This document shows positions 20,212-29,467 of a stretch of 64,000 nucleotides of DNA, piece after piece. The translations under genes were made by a program, and so were the position numbers. Positions within the stretch are counted from its first letter, which is position 1. Each line of letters opens with the position of its first letter. Source of the stretch: a bacterium (GTDB lineage Bacteria; SAR324; NAC60-12). The stretch lies in NCBI GenBank assembly GCA_965205865.1, contig CBDBHR010000028.1, forward strand, positions 512,001 through 576,000. Reading direction: 5' to 3'. Below the pieces are notes generated by a model. The model did not search any database. It was not told the DNA's origin and was given only the letters and a program-made list of their open reading frames with translations.

Positions 20212-22143
20212 ATGAGTTGGACATATTTAATATTGTTGTCGTTAATCTCTATTTCGTATTTTCTCATAAACGAACAGCGTCAGCCCTCCGTGGCCCGTCT
20301 GTGGAATGAAGCATTATTGAGTGCGATCCGCACGGATTACGCCCGCCCCACGGTTCACGCTCGCAACCTGTTCCACACCTCGATTGCCATGTATGATGCC
20401 TGGGCTGCTTACGACGATACTACCGAAACCTACATACTGGGAAAAACAGTTGGAGAATTTACTTGCCCTTTTAAAGGATTGAAAGTCCCAAGAAATATAC
20501 ACCGAGCTCGGGAAGAGGCCATCAGTTATGCCATGTATCGCCTGATCCGTGAGCGTTTTCGTCTATCTCCGGGAGCAAGATTGTCTCTTGCCCGGATCGA
20601 TGCTTTATTGAAAGATTTAGGATATGACAAAGCGATCACGGGGACGGATTATACGACCGGATCTCCTGCAACGCTGGGTAATTACATTGCTCAATGCCTG
20701 CTTAATTTTGGCTTACAGGACGGCGCCAACGAGCGGAATCAATATGAAAACCAATACTACAAACCTGTCAATCCTCCCTTGGATCTGTTGGCATCGGGGA
20801 ACCCTGATATTGTCGATCCCAACCGCTGGCAACCCCTGCGTTTCGATGTTTTCATAGATCAGTCCGGAAATGTTTTTCCTGGTGCAGCGCCCCAATTCGT
20901 CAGCCCGGAATGGGGTGAGGTTTCCGCATTTGCCCTCGACAAAACCGATCTCTCTTTTCATGTGCGCGATGGCTATCAATTTTGGGTCTATCATGATCCG
21001 GGGGCGCCTCCTTATATAAACCCGAGCCAAGAAACCGGGCTCTCTGACGACTATAAATGGGGATTTGTCCTGGTCGCTATCTGGTCTGCGCATCTCGATC
21101 CTGCAGATGGTGTCATGTGGGACGTTTCGCCGTCATCGATCGGAAATATTCAGGAGTTTCCTCAGACCTCTGAAGCGTATCACGAATTTTATGACTTGCT
21201 GGGCGGTGGTGATTCCGGGATTGGACACGCTATCAATCCTCACACAGGGGCGCCTTATGAACCCCAGTGGGTTCCCAGGGCAGACTATGCCAGGGCTCTT
21301 GCCGAATTCTGGGCAGATGGCCCGGATTCGGAAACACCACCCGGCCACTGGTTCACTATCCTGAACTATGTCAATGATCAGCCTGAATTCGAGAAGCGAT
21401 TCCAGGGGCGGGGACCACTTCTTGATAATTTGCAATGGGATGTGAAGTCCTATTTTACGATGGGAGGAGCCGTTCATGATGCAGCCATTGCAGCATGGGG
21501 GATCAAGGGATGGTACGACTACATCCGTCCCATTTCCGCAATCCGGGGGATGGCGGAGCGTGGACAGAGTTCGCACCCGAATCTTCCCAGATATCATCCG
21601 GGTGGCATTCCACTGGTCGACGGTTTCATTGAAATGGTTGCGGAAAGAGACCCACTTGCAGGAGAGCAAGGGGAACACGTTGACAAGATCAAGTTATATG
21701 CCTGGCGGGGACCGGCGCATATCGAAAATCCGGATACTGATGTAGCGGGTGTGGGTTGGATTCTGGCGGAAAACTGGTGGCCCTACCAAAGACCTACCTT
21801 TGTCACACCTCCTTTTGCCGGATATATTTCAGGCCATTCTACTTTTTCTCGCGCAGCTGCGGAAGTGATGACCCTCTTAACAGGTGACGCCTTCTTTCCT
21901 GGGGGTATGGGGGAATTCCATACGAAACAGAATGAGTTTCTGGTTTTCGAGGATGGCCCTAGTGTCGACGTTACCCTGCAATGGGCCACCTACCGGGACG
22001 CCTCTGATCAGACCAGCCTCTCGAGGATCTGGGGAGGAATTCATCCTCCGGCTGATGATATTCCGGGACGTTTGATTGGTGAAAAAATTGGAATCGCAGC
22101 CTTTCATAAAGCAGAGCGCTATTTTTCAGGCCAGCTTCAATAA
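20212..22143 (+). CDS. Vanadium-dependent haloperoxidase-like protein (PAP2 superfamily), probably exported
   Basis: K-x6-RP (KGWYDYIRP), YISGHS and SR-x5-H-x3-D (SRIWGGIHPPAD); hydrophobic N-terminus. Confidence 0.8.
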   Translation: MSWTYLILLSLISISYFLINEQRQPSVARLWNEALLSAIRTDYARPTVHARNLFHTSIAMYDAWAAYDDTTETYILGKTVGEFTCPFKGLKVPRNIHRAREEAISYAMYRLIRERFRLSPGARLSLARIDALLKDLGYDKAITGTDYTTGSPATLGNYIAQCLLNFGLQDGANERNQYENQYYKPVNPPLDLLASGNPDIVDPNRWQPLRFDVFIDQSGNVFPGAAPQFVSPEWGEVSAFALDKTDLSFHVRDGYQFWVYHDPGAPPYINPSQETGLSDDYKWGFVLVAIWSAHLDPADGVMWDVSPSSIGNIQEFPQTSEAYHEFYDLLGGGDSGIGHAINPHTGAPYEPQWVPRADYARALAEFWADGPDSETPPGHWFTILNYVNDQPEFEKRFQGRGPLLDNLQWDVKSYFTMGGAVHDAAIAAWGIKGWYDYIRPISAIRGMAERGQSSHPNLPRYHPGGIPLVDGFIEMVAERDPLAGEQGEHVDKIKLYAWRGPAHIENPDTDVAGVGWILAENWWPYQRPTFVTPPFAGYISGHSTFSRAAAEVMTLLTGDAFFPGGMGEFHTKQNEFLVFEDGPSVDVTLQWATYRDASDQTSLSRIWGGIHPPADDIPGRLIGEKIGIAAFHKAERYFSGQLQ

Positions 22144-22148
22144 ATGAG

Positions 22149-22285
22149 GTGGTGATGCGCGCTGCGGCCTTGTTGGTCGTCATTGCCGGCCTGGGGTATC
22201 GGCGGACGGCTTGGCTGTTGCGCCAGCTTTTCCTTATCGAGACCTCGAAATCGGCACTGCATCGCTGGGTCGAAGAGATCGCCAG
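22149..22285 (+). pseudogene. Transposase HTH fragment
   Basis: GLGYRRTAWLLRQLFLIETSKSALHRWV resembles transposase HTH segments; GC-richer than its flanks. Confidence 0.5.
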
Positions 22286-22310
22286 CCAGTCTTTGAATAA
22301 AATGAGGAAT

Positions 22311-22507
22311 CGAAGAGGTCAAATTCTTATGAGCCCAGCCAGGTTATATCATTCTGCATTTCAAGGAAAAATCATAAAACATTTATTTACATTAATGGGT
22401 AATGGTGAGGCTTTTCCTGACTGTGCCATATCAACTACTAAAGGAACTAAAGATGTTGTCTGGTGTTCTTTGGAAAAAAATCAAGAATGAATTTGAAAGC
22501 ATTGCTC
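22311..22507 (+). pseudogene. Uma2-family endonuclease fragment between 30-bp direct repeats
   Basis: RGQILMSPARLYHSAFQGKI...DCAISTTKGTKDVVWCS; CCAGCCAGTCTTTGAATAAAATGAGGAATC at 22282-22311 and 22508-22537. Confidence 0.6.
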
Positions 22508-22551
22508 CCAGCCAGTCTTTGAATAAAATGAGGAATCTGATAAAATTAAGG

Positions 22552-22695
22552 GTAACTATTCAGGTGCGGGTTTCCTGGGCTTGCGGGCATTTCCCTTTGA
22601 AAAAGCGCACTAAATCATCCACTTTTGAGATATTTTGACGCAATTTAGAGGTTCTGTCGACCTCTAGCCCAGTTTTTTCGCACCTGAATAGTTAC
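22552..22695. mobile_element. MITE-like element, family D (144 bp)
   Basis: Perfect 17-bp TIR GTAACTATTCAGGTGCG...CGCACCTGAATAGTTAC; no target duplication visible. Confidence 0.7.
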
Positions 22696-22711
22696 ATCCG
22701 ATTTATGCTAA

Positions 22712-22856
22712 GCAACAAACCTCAAATAACCTGTAATTCTTCCAATGGTGTGAGCAAAATTGGGGGACATGTACACCGCTGCGCATCCCAACTCTACTGC
22801 TTTATGCCTGCTGTTACGTGTCCCCTAATTTTGCGTATCCATATAAATTTCATTCC
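22712..22856 (-). mobile_element. MITE family A, copy 3 (145 bp; 13-bp deletion, one terminus mutated)
   Basis: Reverse complement of copy 1; TAA on both sides; terminal GG changed to GC. Confidence 0.9.
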
Positions 22857-22966
22857 TAAGCAATTTTTACTCGTAATTGCTGTCTCTATCACTATTTGCT
22901 GTTTCCCCTCTGATATGTTATGTTTGATAATCAGTATTTTCTCCCCATTATTCTTATGGAGGCTCC

Positions 22967-25567
22967 ATGGAAACTCGCGAATCCATTATCAGTAATTCCT
23001 CTCAGAACCCCTCATTCCAGGAACACCATCGGATCAGTGAGGACCTCCCGCCGCTGGCGGGGCATCGGGTCATCGACTTCGGCCACTACCTCGCGGGGCC
23101 GCTCGCCGGCATGCTGTTGGCCGACCAGGGCGCCGAGGTCATCAAGGTGGATCGCCCCGGCCACCCTTCCTGCGCCACCCCCGCGGGCGCGGTATTCAAC
23201 CGCGGCAAGCAGGTCCTGGAGCTGGACCTGAAGAGCGCTGCCGGCCGCGAGGCCGCATGGCGACTGGTGGCCTCGGCGGACGTGGTGATCGAGAACTTCC
23301 GTCCCGGGGTGATGGAACGGCTCGGGCTGGGCTCCGCCGCCATGGCGGCCGCCAACCCACGGCTGGTGTACCTGTCGCTGCCGGGCTTCGGCGCCGGCGA
23401 GGAACGCGCTTCGCTGCGCGCCTTCGAAGGGGTCCTCGGCGCCGCCACCGGGTTGTTTACCGACCTGCATTCGATTCGCCGCGAGCTGGAGGCGCCGCCG
23501 CAGTATACGCCGATCCCGCTGGCCTCCGCCTACGGCGCCGTCCACGGAGCGCTGGCGGTAGCCCTTTCGCTCTACGCCCGCGAGGAGAGCGGGCGCGGCG
23601 AGGTGATCGAGGTGCCGCTGGCCGGGGCCGCGATGTCGGCGATGGGCGCCTTCCTGCTGCGCGTTGCCGATGCGCCGGCGCGCTACGGCAAGCGTCCCAA
23701 TCCCGCCAACGACGAACTGCGCGCACGCATGCGGCAGGCCGACGCGGCCGAGCGCCGCCGGTTGATAGACCAGATCCGCCCCTGGCTGCCGCCGCTGTTC
23801 GACAGCTACCGAGCTAGCAACGGCCGCTGGGTGTTCCTGCTCGCCGGAAACAGCCGCCGCAACTCGGTCCAGCTCGCCAAGGCGCTGGGGATCTACGACG
23901 GCCTGATCGCCGACGGCATGGTCGACCTGCCGCCCTACCCCGACCTCACGCGGCCCAACAACATCCAGGACGTCGACGGCCTGTCGCGGGAGTGGAAGAA
24001 AACCCTCCGCGACCGCGTGGCGGCTGCCTTCCGGCAGCAGCCGGCGCACGACTGGACGCCGATCATGCGCCAGTTCGGGGTGCCGTTCAGCGTCCACCGC
24101 AGCACACAGGAGTGGTTGCACGCGCCGGAGACCGATGTCGCGGCGCTCACCGTGGAGGTCGTGGACCCGGCGCATGGAGCGATTCGCCAGCTCGGCGTGC
24201 AGACCTCGCTGGGCCGCACCGACCGGCGGTGGCACGTGCCGCGGCCGGCGCGGCCCGTCGACCTCGACGCCCTGCTGCGCGATCTCCCGGCCGCGACGAC
24301 CAACGGCGCCGGCGCCGCCGGCGGGGCGGCCCACGCGGCCACGCGCCCGGCGCCCATTCTCGCCGGTATCAAGGTGCTCGACCTGTCCACCGTGCTGGCC
24401 GGCCCCGGTTGCGCCCGCACCCTGGCGGAGTATGGCGCCGACGTGATCAAGATCGACGCACCCGATCCCTACTTCGGTCCCGGGACCGCGTACATGCTGC
24501 ACGTGGAAGTAGGCCAGGGCAAGCGCAGCATGATCCTGGACCTCAAGCAGGAGGAAGGCAGACGCCTGTTCGAGCAATTGGCCGGCGGCGCCGACGTGAT
24601 CGTGCACAACTTCCGGCCCGGCGTCGCCGAGCGGCTCGGCATCGACTACGCCAGCCTGGCGCGCATCAACCCCGGCATCGTCTACCTCAACCTGACCGCG
24701 TTCAATGGGCCGCGGCGCGGTCCGTGGACCGAGCTGCCCGGCTTCGATCCGGTGCTGCAGGCGGCTACGGGTATCCAGAACCGTTACGGCGGCCCCGGCG
24801 CGCCGCCCGAGCTGCACGGCTTCGCCTCCTGCATCGACTACCTGACCGGATACTCCGGCACCTACGGCATCGCCCTGGCCCTGCTGCGCCGCAAGCGCGA
24901 GGGCGGCGGCGACCTGGTGTTCACCTCCCTGGCGCAGGGCGGGCAACTGGTGCAGGCGCCCTTCGTGTGGGCCACCGCCGATGCCCGGCCCGACGACGGT
25001 CCACAGGGGCAGGAGGTCCTGGGCGCGCACTCCCTGGAGCACATGTACCGCGCCACCGACGGCTGGCTGATGCTGACCGGGCTGCCGGAGGATCTGCCGC
25101 GGCTGCACGAGATCCCGGAGCTGGCGGCAGTGCCGGTCGAGGTGGCCGAAGAGGCCGCGCGGATCGCCGCCCTGCAGGCTGCCATCGCGGAGCGGACGGT
25201 GTCCCACTGGGAGACCGCGTTCAACGCCGCGGGATTCGGCTGCCACCGGGTCGACTGCATCGAAGACGTGCGCCGCGCCGGCTTGCGCGAGATGACCGAC
25301 GCTGAACGCGCAGCGTGGAGCGACGGGCCGTCGATCTCGGTGATCCGCCTGCTCGACCACCCGGCCGGCAGTCCGGTCGACAATCCGGCCCCCACCTACG
25401 CGCGCTTCGCCGGCACGTCGCTGCGCCTCACCAACCCGATGCCCAAGATCGGCAGCCACACCCGCGCCATCCTGCGCGAGCTGGGCCACGACGACGCCCG
25501 GATCGACCGCTGGATCGACTCCGGCGTCGCCGCCGAGCAGATCCACGACGCCTACCTGCCGCACTGA
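22967..25567 (+). CDS. Tandem two-domain CaiB/BaiF CoA-transferase, very GC-rich (foreign origin)
   Basis: Two domains (LAGHRVIDFG...DQGAEVIKVD; LAGIKVLDLS...EYGADVIKID); third codon positions almost all G/C from about 23040. Confidence 0.9.
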   Translation: METRESIISNSSQNPSFQEHHRISEDLPPLAGHRVIDFGHYLAGPLAGMLLADQGAEVIKVDRPGHPSCATPAGAVFNRGKQVLELDLKSAAGREAAWRLVASADVVIENFRPGVMERLGLGSAAMAAANPRLVYLSLPGFGAGEERASLRAFEGVLGAATGLFTDLHSIRRELEAPPQYTPIPLASAYGAVHGALAVALSLYAREESGRGEVIEVPLAGAAMSAMGAFLLRVADAPARYGKRPNPANDELRARMRQADAAERRRLIDQIRPWLPPLFDSYRASNGRWVFLLAGNSRRNSVQLAKALGIYDGLIADGMVDLPPYPDLTRPNNIQDVDGLSREWKKTLRDRVAAAFRQQPAHDWTPIMRQFGVPFSVHRSTQEWLHAPETDVAALTVEVVDPAHGAIRQLGVQTSLGRTDRRWHVPRPARPVDLDALLRDLPAATTNGAGAAGGAAHAATRPAPILAGIKVLDLSTVLAGPGCARTLAEYGADVIKIDAPDPYFGPGTAYMLHVEVGQGKRSMILDLKQEEGRRLFEQLAGGADVIVHNFRPGVAERLGIDYASLARINPGIVYLNLTAFNGPRRGPWTELPGFDPVLQAATGIQNRYGGPGAPPELHGFASCIDYLTGYSGTYGIALALLRRKREGGGDLVFTSLAQGGQLVQAPFVWATADARPDDGPQGQEVLGAHSLEHMYRATDGWLMLTGLPEDLPRLHEIPELAAVPVEVAEEAARIAALQAAIAERTVSHWETAFNAAGFGCHRVDCIEDVRRAGLREMTDAERAAWSDGPSISVIRLLDHPAGSPVDNPAPTYARFAGTSLRLTNPMPKIGSHTRAILRELGHDDARIDRWIDSGVAAEQIHDAYLPH

Positions 25568-25637
25568 CCAAGCCGGCGGGCGCCCTTGCTCCTGACCTGA
25601 TTATGGTCCATATTCAGTCTACCTGAGATCGCTGCAT

Positions 25638-25940
25638 GAGACAGACGGAATCCTATTTTGTGAGATATCCCTTTGGGAAATTGCCATGCTCGTGCAAAAG
25701 GAGAGAATGGTTATCGATACCTCTAATCAGAAATTCATTAAATTAGTTTTAACTGCCAAGCAGTATCAACTTCAAGGCATGACTCCGGCAATAGCAGAAT
25801 TATCCACTCAACTTCCGGAAGAAGTGAGTAAAGATCCTGCAGATAGGATCATTGCCGCAACTGCCATTACTGAGAAAGTTTCCCTGGTAACGACCGATAG
25901 AAATTTGATTAAAGCCAATTGTGTTCCAACAATATGGTAA
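25638..25940 (+). pseudogene. PIN-domain (VapC) toxin, 5'-truncated
   Basis: In frame: CEISLWEIAML...DPADRIIAATA...LVTTD; N-terminal catalytic segment absent at the junction with the GC-rich block. Confidence 0.75.
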
Positions 25941-26058
25941 AGAAAAAGAATTAGTTAATTTTTTTTGCTGAGGAATTGATTCTCTTTTTGTTTGACTATT
26001 CCGCAATGTATTGCTAAATAGTCATGACTATTTAGCAATACAATTCATAATGGTCAGC

Positions 26059-27180
26059 ATGGAAAGAAGGCAGACAAACAGAATCCTGCAGGATCTCAAA
26101 AAGAAGATGGTCTTTCTCACAGGTCCGCGTCAGGTGGGAAAAACTTGGTTAGCCCACGAGATTGCCAAGTCTTATTCCAATAGCCTTTATTTGACCTATG
26201 ATCGCCGGGAAGACCGAAAAATCATGGAAACGGAAGCCTGGTTATCAGATATTGATCTTTTGATTTTAGATGAACTTCACAAGATGCCGCAATGGAAAAA
26301 CTACCTCAAAGGGATCTATGATACCAAATCGGAGCGACTTTCCATTTTGGTGACCGGGAGTGCCCGTTTAGAAACTTTCCGCCAAAGCGGAGACTCGTTG
26401 GCCGGCCGATTCTTCCGCCATAGATTACTGCCGTTTACCCCTTCCGAAGTCGATCCATCCTTGGTGACAGAAGATCTGAATCGATTTATGATCCGAGGTG
26501 GTTTTCCCGAACCTTTCCTAGCGGAGGATCCCCAAGACGCCGACCGATGGAGGTTACAATATACCGACGGGCTGATCCGAAATGACATATTAGACTTCGA
26601 AAAAATCCATGATCTGAAAGCCATTCAGTTGGTGTTTGATCTTCTAAGGCAACGGGTAGGATCTCCCATTTCGTTTACTTCCCTTGCCCGGGATGTGGGG
26701 ATTTCGCCCAACACGGTCAAAAAACACATCCAGGTTTTTGAAGCCCTGTTTATCATTTTCCGTGTCGTTCCCTATTCCAAAAATATCGCCCGCTCGATCT
26801 TAAAAGAACCCAAAATTTATTTTTATGATACGGGCCTGGTTGATGCTGAGATAGGCATCAAGTATGAGAATATGGTGGCTGTCAGTCTGTTAAAATATGT
26901 CTATGGCCTGGAAGATGAAGAGGGGAAACCCTACCACCTCCATTATTTGAGAACAAAAGAGGGGAGGGAAGTGGATTTTTGTATCACTCACAACAATGTT
27001 GCCCAGTTGATGATTGAAACCAAATATGCAGACCTCTCCCTCAGTAAAGCCCTGGTGCAGTTCCATCAAAAATACCACATTCCAGGAATTCAGCTACTCT
27101 CCACTTTGAAACACGAAAAAAAAGAGCAAGCCATTGAAATCCGTCAGGCTAGTAAGTATTTATTCCTGTTGAAGTATTGA
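26059..27180 (+). CDS. AAA+ ATPase with DUF4143-type C-terminal domain
   Basis: GPRQVGKT, LILDE, VTGS, DSLAGR, GGFPE, KIYFYDTG, EVDF...IETK. Confidence 0.88.
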   Translation: MERRQTNRILQDLKKKMVFLTGPRQVGKTWLAHEIAKSYSNSLYLTYDRREDRKIMETEAWLSDIDLLILDELHKMPQWKNYLKGIYDTKSERLSILVTGSARLETFRQSGDSLAGRFFRHRLLPFTPSEVDPSLVTEDLNRFMIRGGFPEPFLAEDPQDADRWRLQYTDGLIRNDILDFEKIHDLKAIQLVFDLLRQRVGSPISFTSLARDVGISPNTVKKHIQVFEALFIIFRVVPYSKNIARSILKEPKIYFYDTGLVDAEIGIKYENMVAVSLLKYVYGLEDEEGKPYHLHYLRTKEGREVDFCITHNNVAQLMIETKYADLSLSKALVQFHQKYHIPGIQLLSTLKHEKKEQAIEIRQASKYLFLLKY

Positions 27181-27203
27181 GAAAAAACAGTGATTCTCAG
27201 GAA

Positions 27204-27232
27204 GGAAAAAGGGAGGGGCTCCTCCCCGTTTT
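27204..27232. terminator. Probable bidirectional terminator between convergent genes
   Basis: GGAAAAAGGGAGG-GGCT-CCTCCCCGTTTTC hairpin. Confidence 0.5.
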
Positions 27233-27254
27233 CACGAGGACAAGTTTGGTGCGC

Positions 27255-28226
27255 TTACCCATTGAAAGGATTGATCAGCCGGGCCAGGAGGCCTCTTTTG
27301 CGTTTCACCACCGCAGTGCCGTAACTGCCCTCACCGCCCCGCAGTCGGGGGTCGAGCAGGTCCCTGAGGGCATCACCGAACATGTTGAGGGAGTAGACGA
27401 CAATTGTCAGGCAGAGCCCCGGCCAGAGCGCCAGCCAGGGCGCCATCTCCATGTAGGTGCGTCCTTCCCGGCTGAGCAGACCACCCCAGCTAGGAATCTG
27501 GGCTGGCAGACCGAATCCCAGGAAGCTCAGAGAAGCCTCAGACATAATCACCCCCCCGATGCTGATGCTGAAGATGATGATGACAGTCGCCATAATATTG
27601 GGCAGGACATGGCGTAAGAGGATTTGGGTCGTGGGGGTGCCCACAGCCCTGGCTGCCAGAAAATAGTCATTCTCTTTAACACCGATAACGGCGCTTCTGA
27701 CTATTCTTGAAGCGGCGATGCCTCCGGCGATCCCCAGGACCACGATGATTTGCGGCAAACCCCGCCCCACCAGGGACATGATGGTTAACAAGATGAGTAG
27801 TCCCGGGAAAGCCATCCAGGCATCGACAAATCTCTGCACAGCCAGGTCCAATTTACCGCCAAGGAACCCTGAAATGCCGCCTATCAGGACAGCGACGACA
27901 ACATTGAGAGTGGTCGCCGCCAGACCGACGATTAACGAAAGACGAGCCCCGACGATAAGACGGCTCAACAAGTCTCGCCCCAACTGGTCGGCACCCAGGA
28001 GATACTGGGCTGATGAGCCCTGCAGCATGTCTGCCGGGTGCACTTCCCAATATGGATAAGGGGCCAGAACATCGGCAAAGATAGCGACAAAAATCAATAT
28101 CAATATGATTATCCCGCTGATAGTACCCAGCGGCTTTTCCTTGACCAGCCTGATAAAGAAATCAGCCAGCCGGCCCCGTCGCTTGGGTTCAATGATTTCG
28201 GTTGGTGTCTCTGTGGTGTTGCTCAT
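27255..28226 (-). CDS. Peptide ABC permease (DppC-like)
   Basis: LGADQLGRD, EASLSFLGFG, GDALRDLLDPRLRG. Confidence 0.92.
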   Translation of the reverse strand: MSNTTETPTEIIEPKRRGRLADFFIRLVKEKPLGTISGIIILILIFVAIFADVLAPYPYWEVHPADMLQGSSAQYLLGADQLGRDLLSRLIVGARLSLIVGLAATTLNVVVAVLIGGISGFLGGKLDLAVQRFVDAWMAFPGLLILLTIMSLVGRGLPQIIVVLGIAGGIAASRIVRSAVIGVKENDYFLAARAVGTPTTQILLRHVLPNIMATVIIIFSISIGGVIMSEASLSFLGFGLPAQIPSWGGLLSREGRTYMEMAPWLALWPGLCLTIVVYSLNMFGDALRDLLDPRLRGGEGSYGTAVVKRKRGLLARLINPFNG

Positions 28227-28228
28227 AA

Positions 28229-28313
28229 TTCAGGTATTTAGGATGAAGGCTTTCAGGTATAAGGTATTAGGTGTCAGCTTTGCGCTAATACCTGAAACCT
28301 AACACCTAATACC
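28229..28313. repeat. Degenerate 7-bp repeats arranged as an inverted pair (intergenic stem-loop)
   Basis: CAGGTAT/AAGGTAT/TAGGTGT followed by ATACCTG/AAACCTA/ACACCTA/ATACCT. Confidence 0.6.
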
Positions 28314-28329
28314 TTTGTCGCGCCAGCGA

Positions 28330-29337
28330 CTATTCATACCTCACTCTCGGGTCCAAATAAGGATAAATCAGGTCGATAAACAGATTGACCCCAACAACCA
28401 TGACGGCGAAAACCAGGTTTACTCCGGAGACCACCGGATAGTCTCTCGCACTGAGTGCATCCAGCATGAGACGACCTAACCCCGGCAGGTTGAATATGTT
28501 CTCCATGATAACGGCGCCACCTACCAGGATAGGCAACTGCATGCCTACCAGGGTAACTATCGGGATGAGGGCATTTTTGACAGCGTGTCTCATAACAACT
28601 ACCCTCTCCTTGAGGCCCTTGGACCAGGCTGTCCTGATATAGTCCTGCCTCAGCACTTCCAGTATCATGGTGCGCGTCATCCGCATTGTGCTTGCAGACA
28701 GGGCCGTCCCCAGAATCAGGCTGGGAATGAGGAACATTCCAAGATTCCCCAGCGGGTCTTCCGTGAAAGCAATCAGCACCATCGATGGCGCCCAGCCCCA
28801 CCAGATTGCCGGGAAGATCATGACCATAATTCCCAGCCAGAAGTTAGGCGTTGCCATGCCAATGATGGCGATCGAGCGCCCCGCGTAGTCAGCGGTCGTA
28901 TCCTGGCGAATCGCCGAGTAGATGCCGACTGGCAGCGCGATCAACTGCCCGATTAAGAGTGCCATGACGCCAAGCTCAATGGTTACTGGCAATCTTTCTA
29001 ATATCTGATCCTCTACCGATGAACCGCCAAACAGTGATTCGCCAAGGGTGCCCTGGAGGAGACCGTTGAAGTGGGACTCACCGGTAACCCAGTCAGGGGT
29101 CGGCAACACTCCTATCCAGCGTCCATACTGCACGTGAACAGGCACGTCTAATCCCAGCATACGCTCAATGGCTTCACGGTCCATCTCGATGCCCGAACTC
29201 ATGTTGTATCCCATACTAGCTTCTATTACGTCTATTACGTCGCCGGGGATGAAGCGAACCAAGAGAAAGACCAGGATAGTCAATATAAACAAGGTGGGGA
29301 TTATAAGCAATAACCGCCTGATGATATAGACTCTCAT
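28330..29337 (-). CDS. Peptide ABC permease (DppB-like)
   Basis: MRVYIIRRLL, QDYIRTAWSKGL, ENIFNLPGLG. Confidence 0.92.
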   Translation of the reverse strand: MRVYIIRRLLLIIPTLFILTILVFLLVRFIPGDVIDVIEASMGYNMSSGIEMDREAIERMLGLDVPVHVQYGRWIGVLPTPDWVTGESHFNGLLQGTLGESLFGGSSVEDQILERLPVTIELGVMALLIGQLIALPVGIYSAIRQDTTADYAGRSIAIIGMATPNFWLGIMVMIFPAIWWGWAPSMVLIAFTEDPLGNLGMFLIPSLILGTALSASTMRMTRTMILEVLRQDYIRTAWSKGLKERVVVMRHAVKNALIPIVTLVGMQLPILVGGAVIMENIFNLPGLGRLMLDALSARDYPVVSGVNLVFAVMVVGVNLFIDLIYPYLDPRVRYE

Positions 29338-29399
29338 GTGACACACCTTATCAGTCGTTGGATGAGGACAGAATCTCCTCTTCGATGATTCAATGAGTA

Positions 29400-29438
29400 A
29401 GGGAGCCGGGAGGCTTGAGCCTCTCGGCTCCCTTTTTC
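29400..29438. terminator. Strong hairpin downstream of the SBP gene (terminator or mRNA stabiliser)
   Basis: AGGGAGCCGGGAGGC-TTGA-GCCTCTCGGCTCCCT. Confidence 0.65.
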
Positions 29439-29467
29439 CCCGAGGTCAGCCAGAAGGGGTGAAACCC

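Noticed and set aside
23012-25564. 850-aa antisense ORF and 437-aa alternative-frame ORF
   Set aside because: Shadow ORFs caused by extreme GC bias in the CoA-transferase gene.
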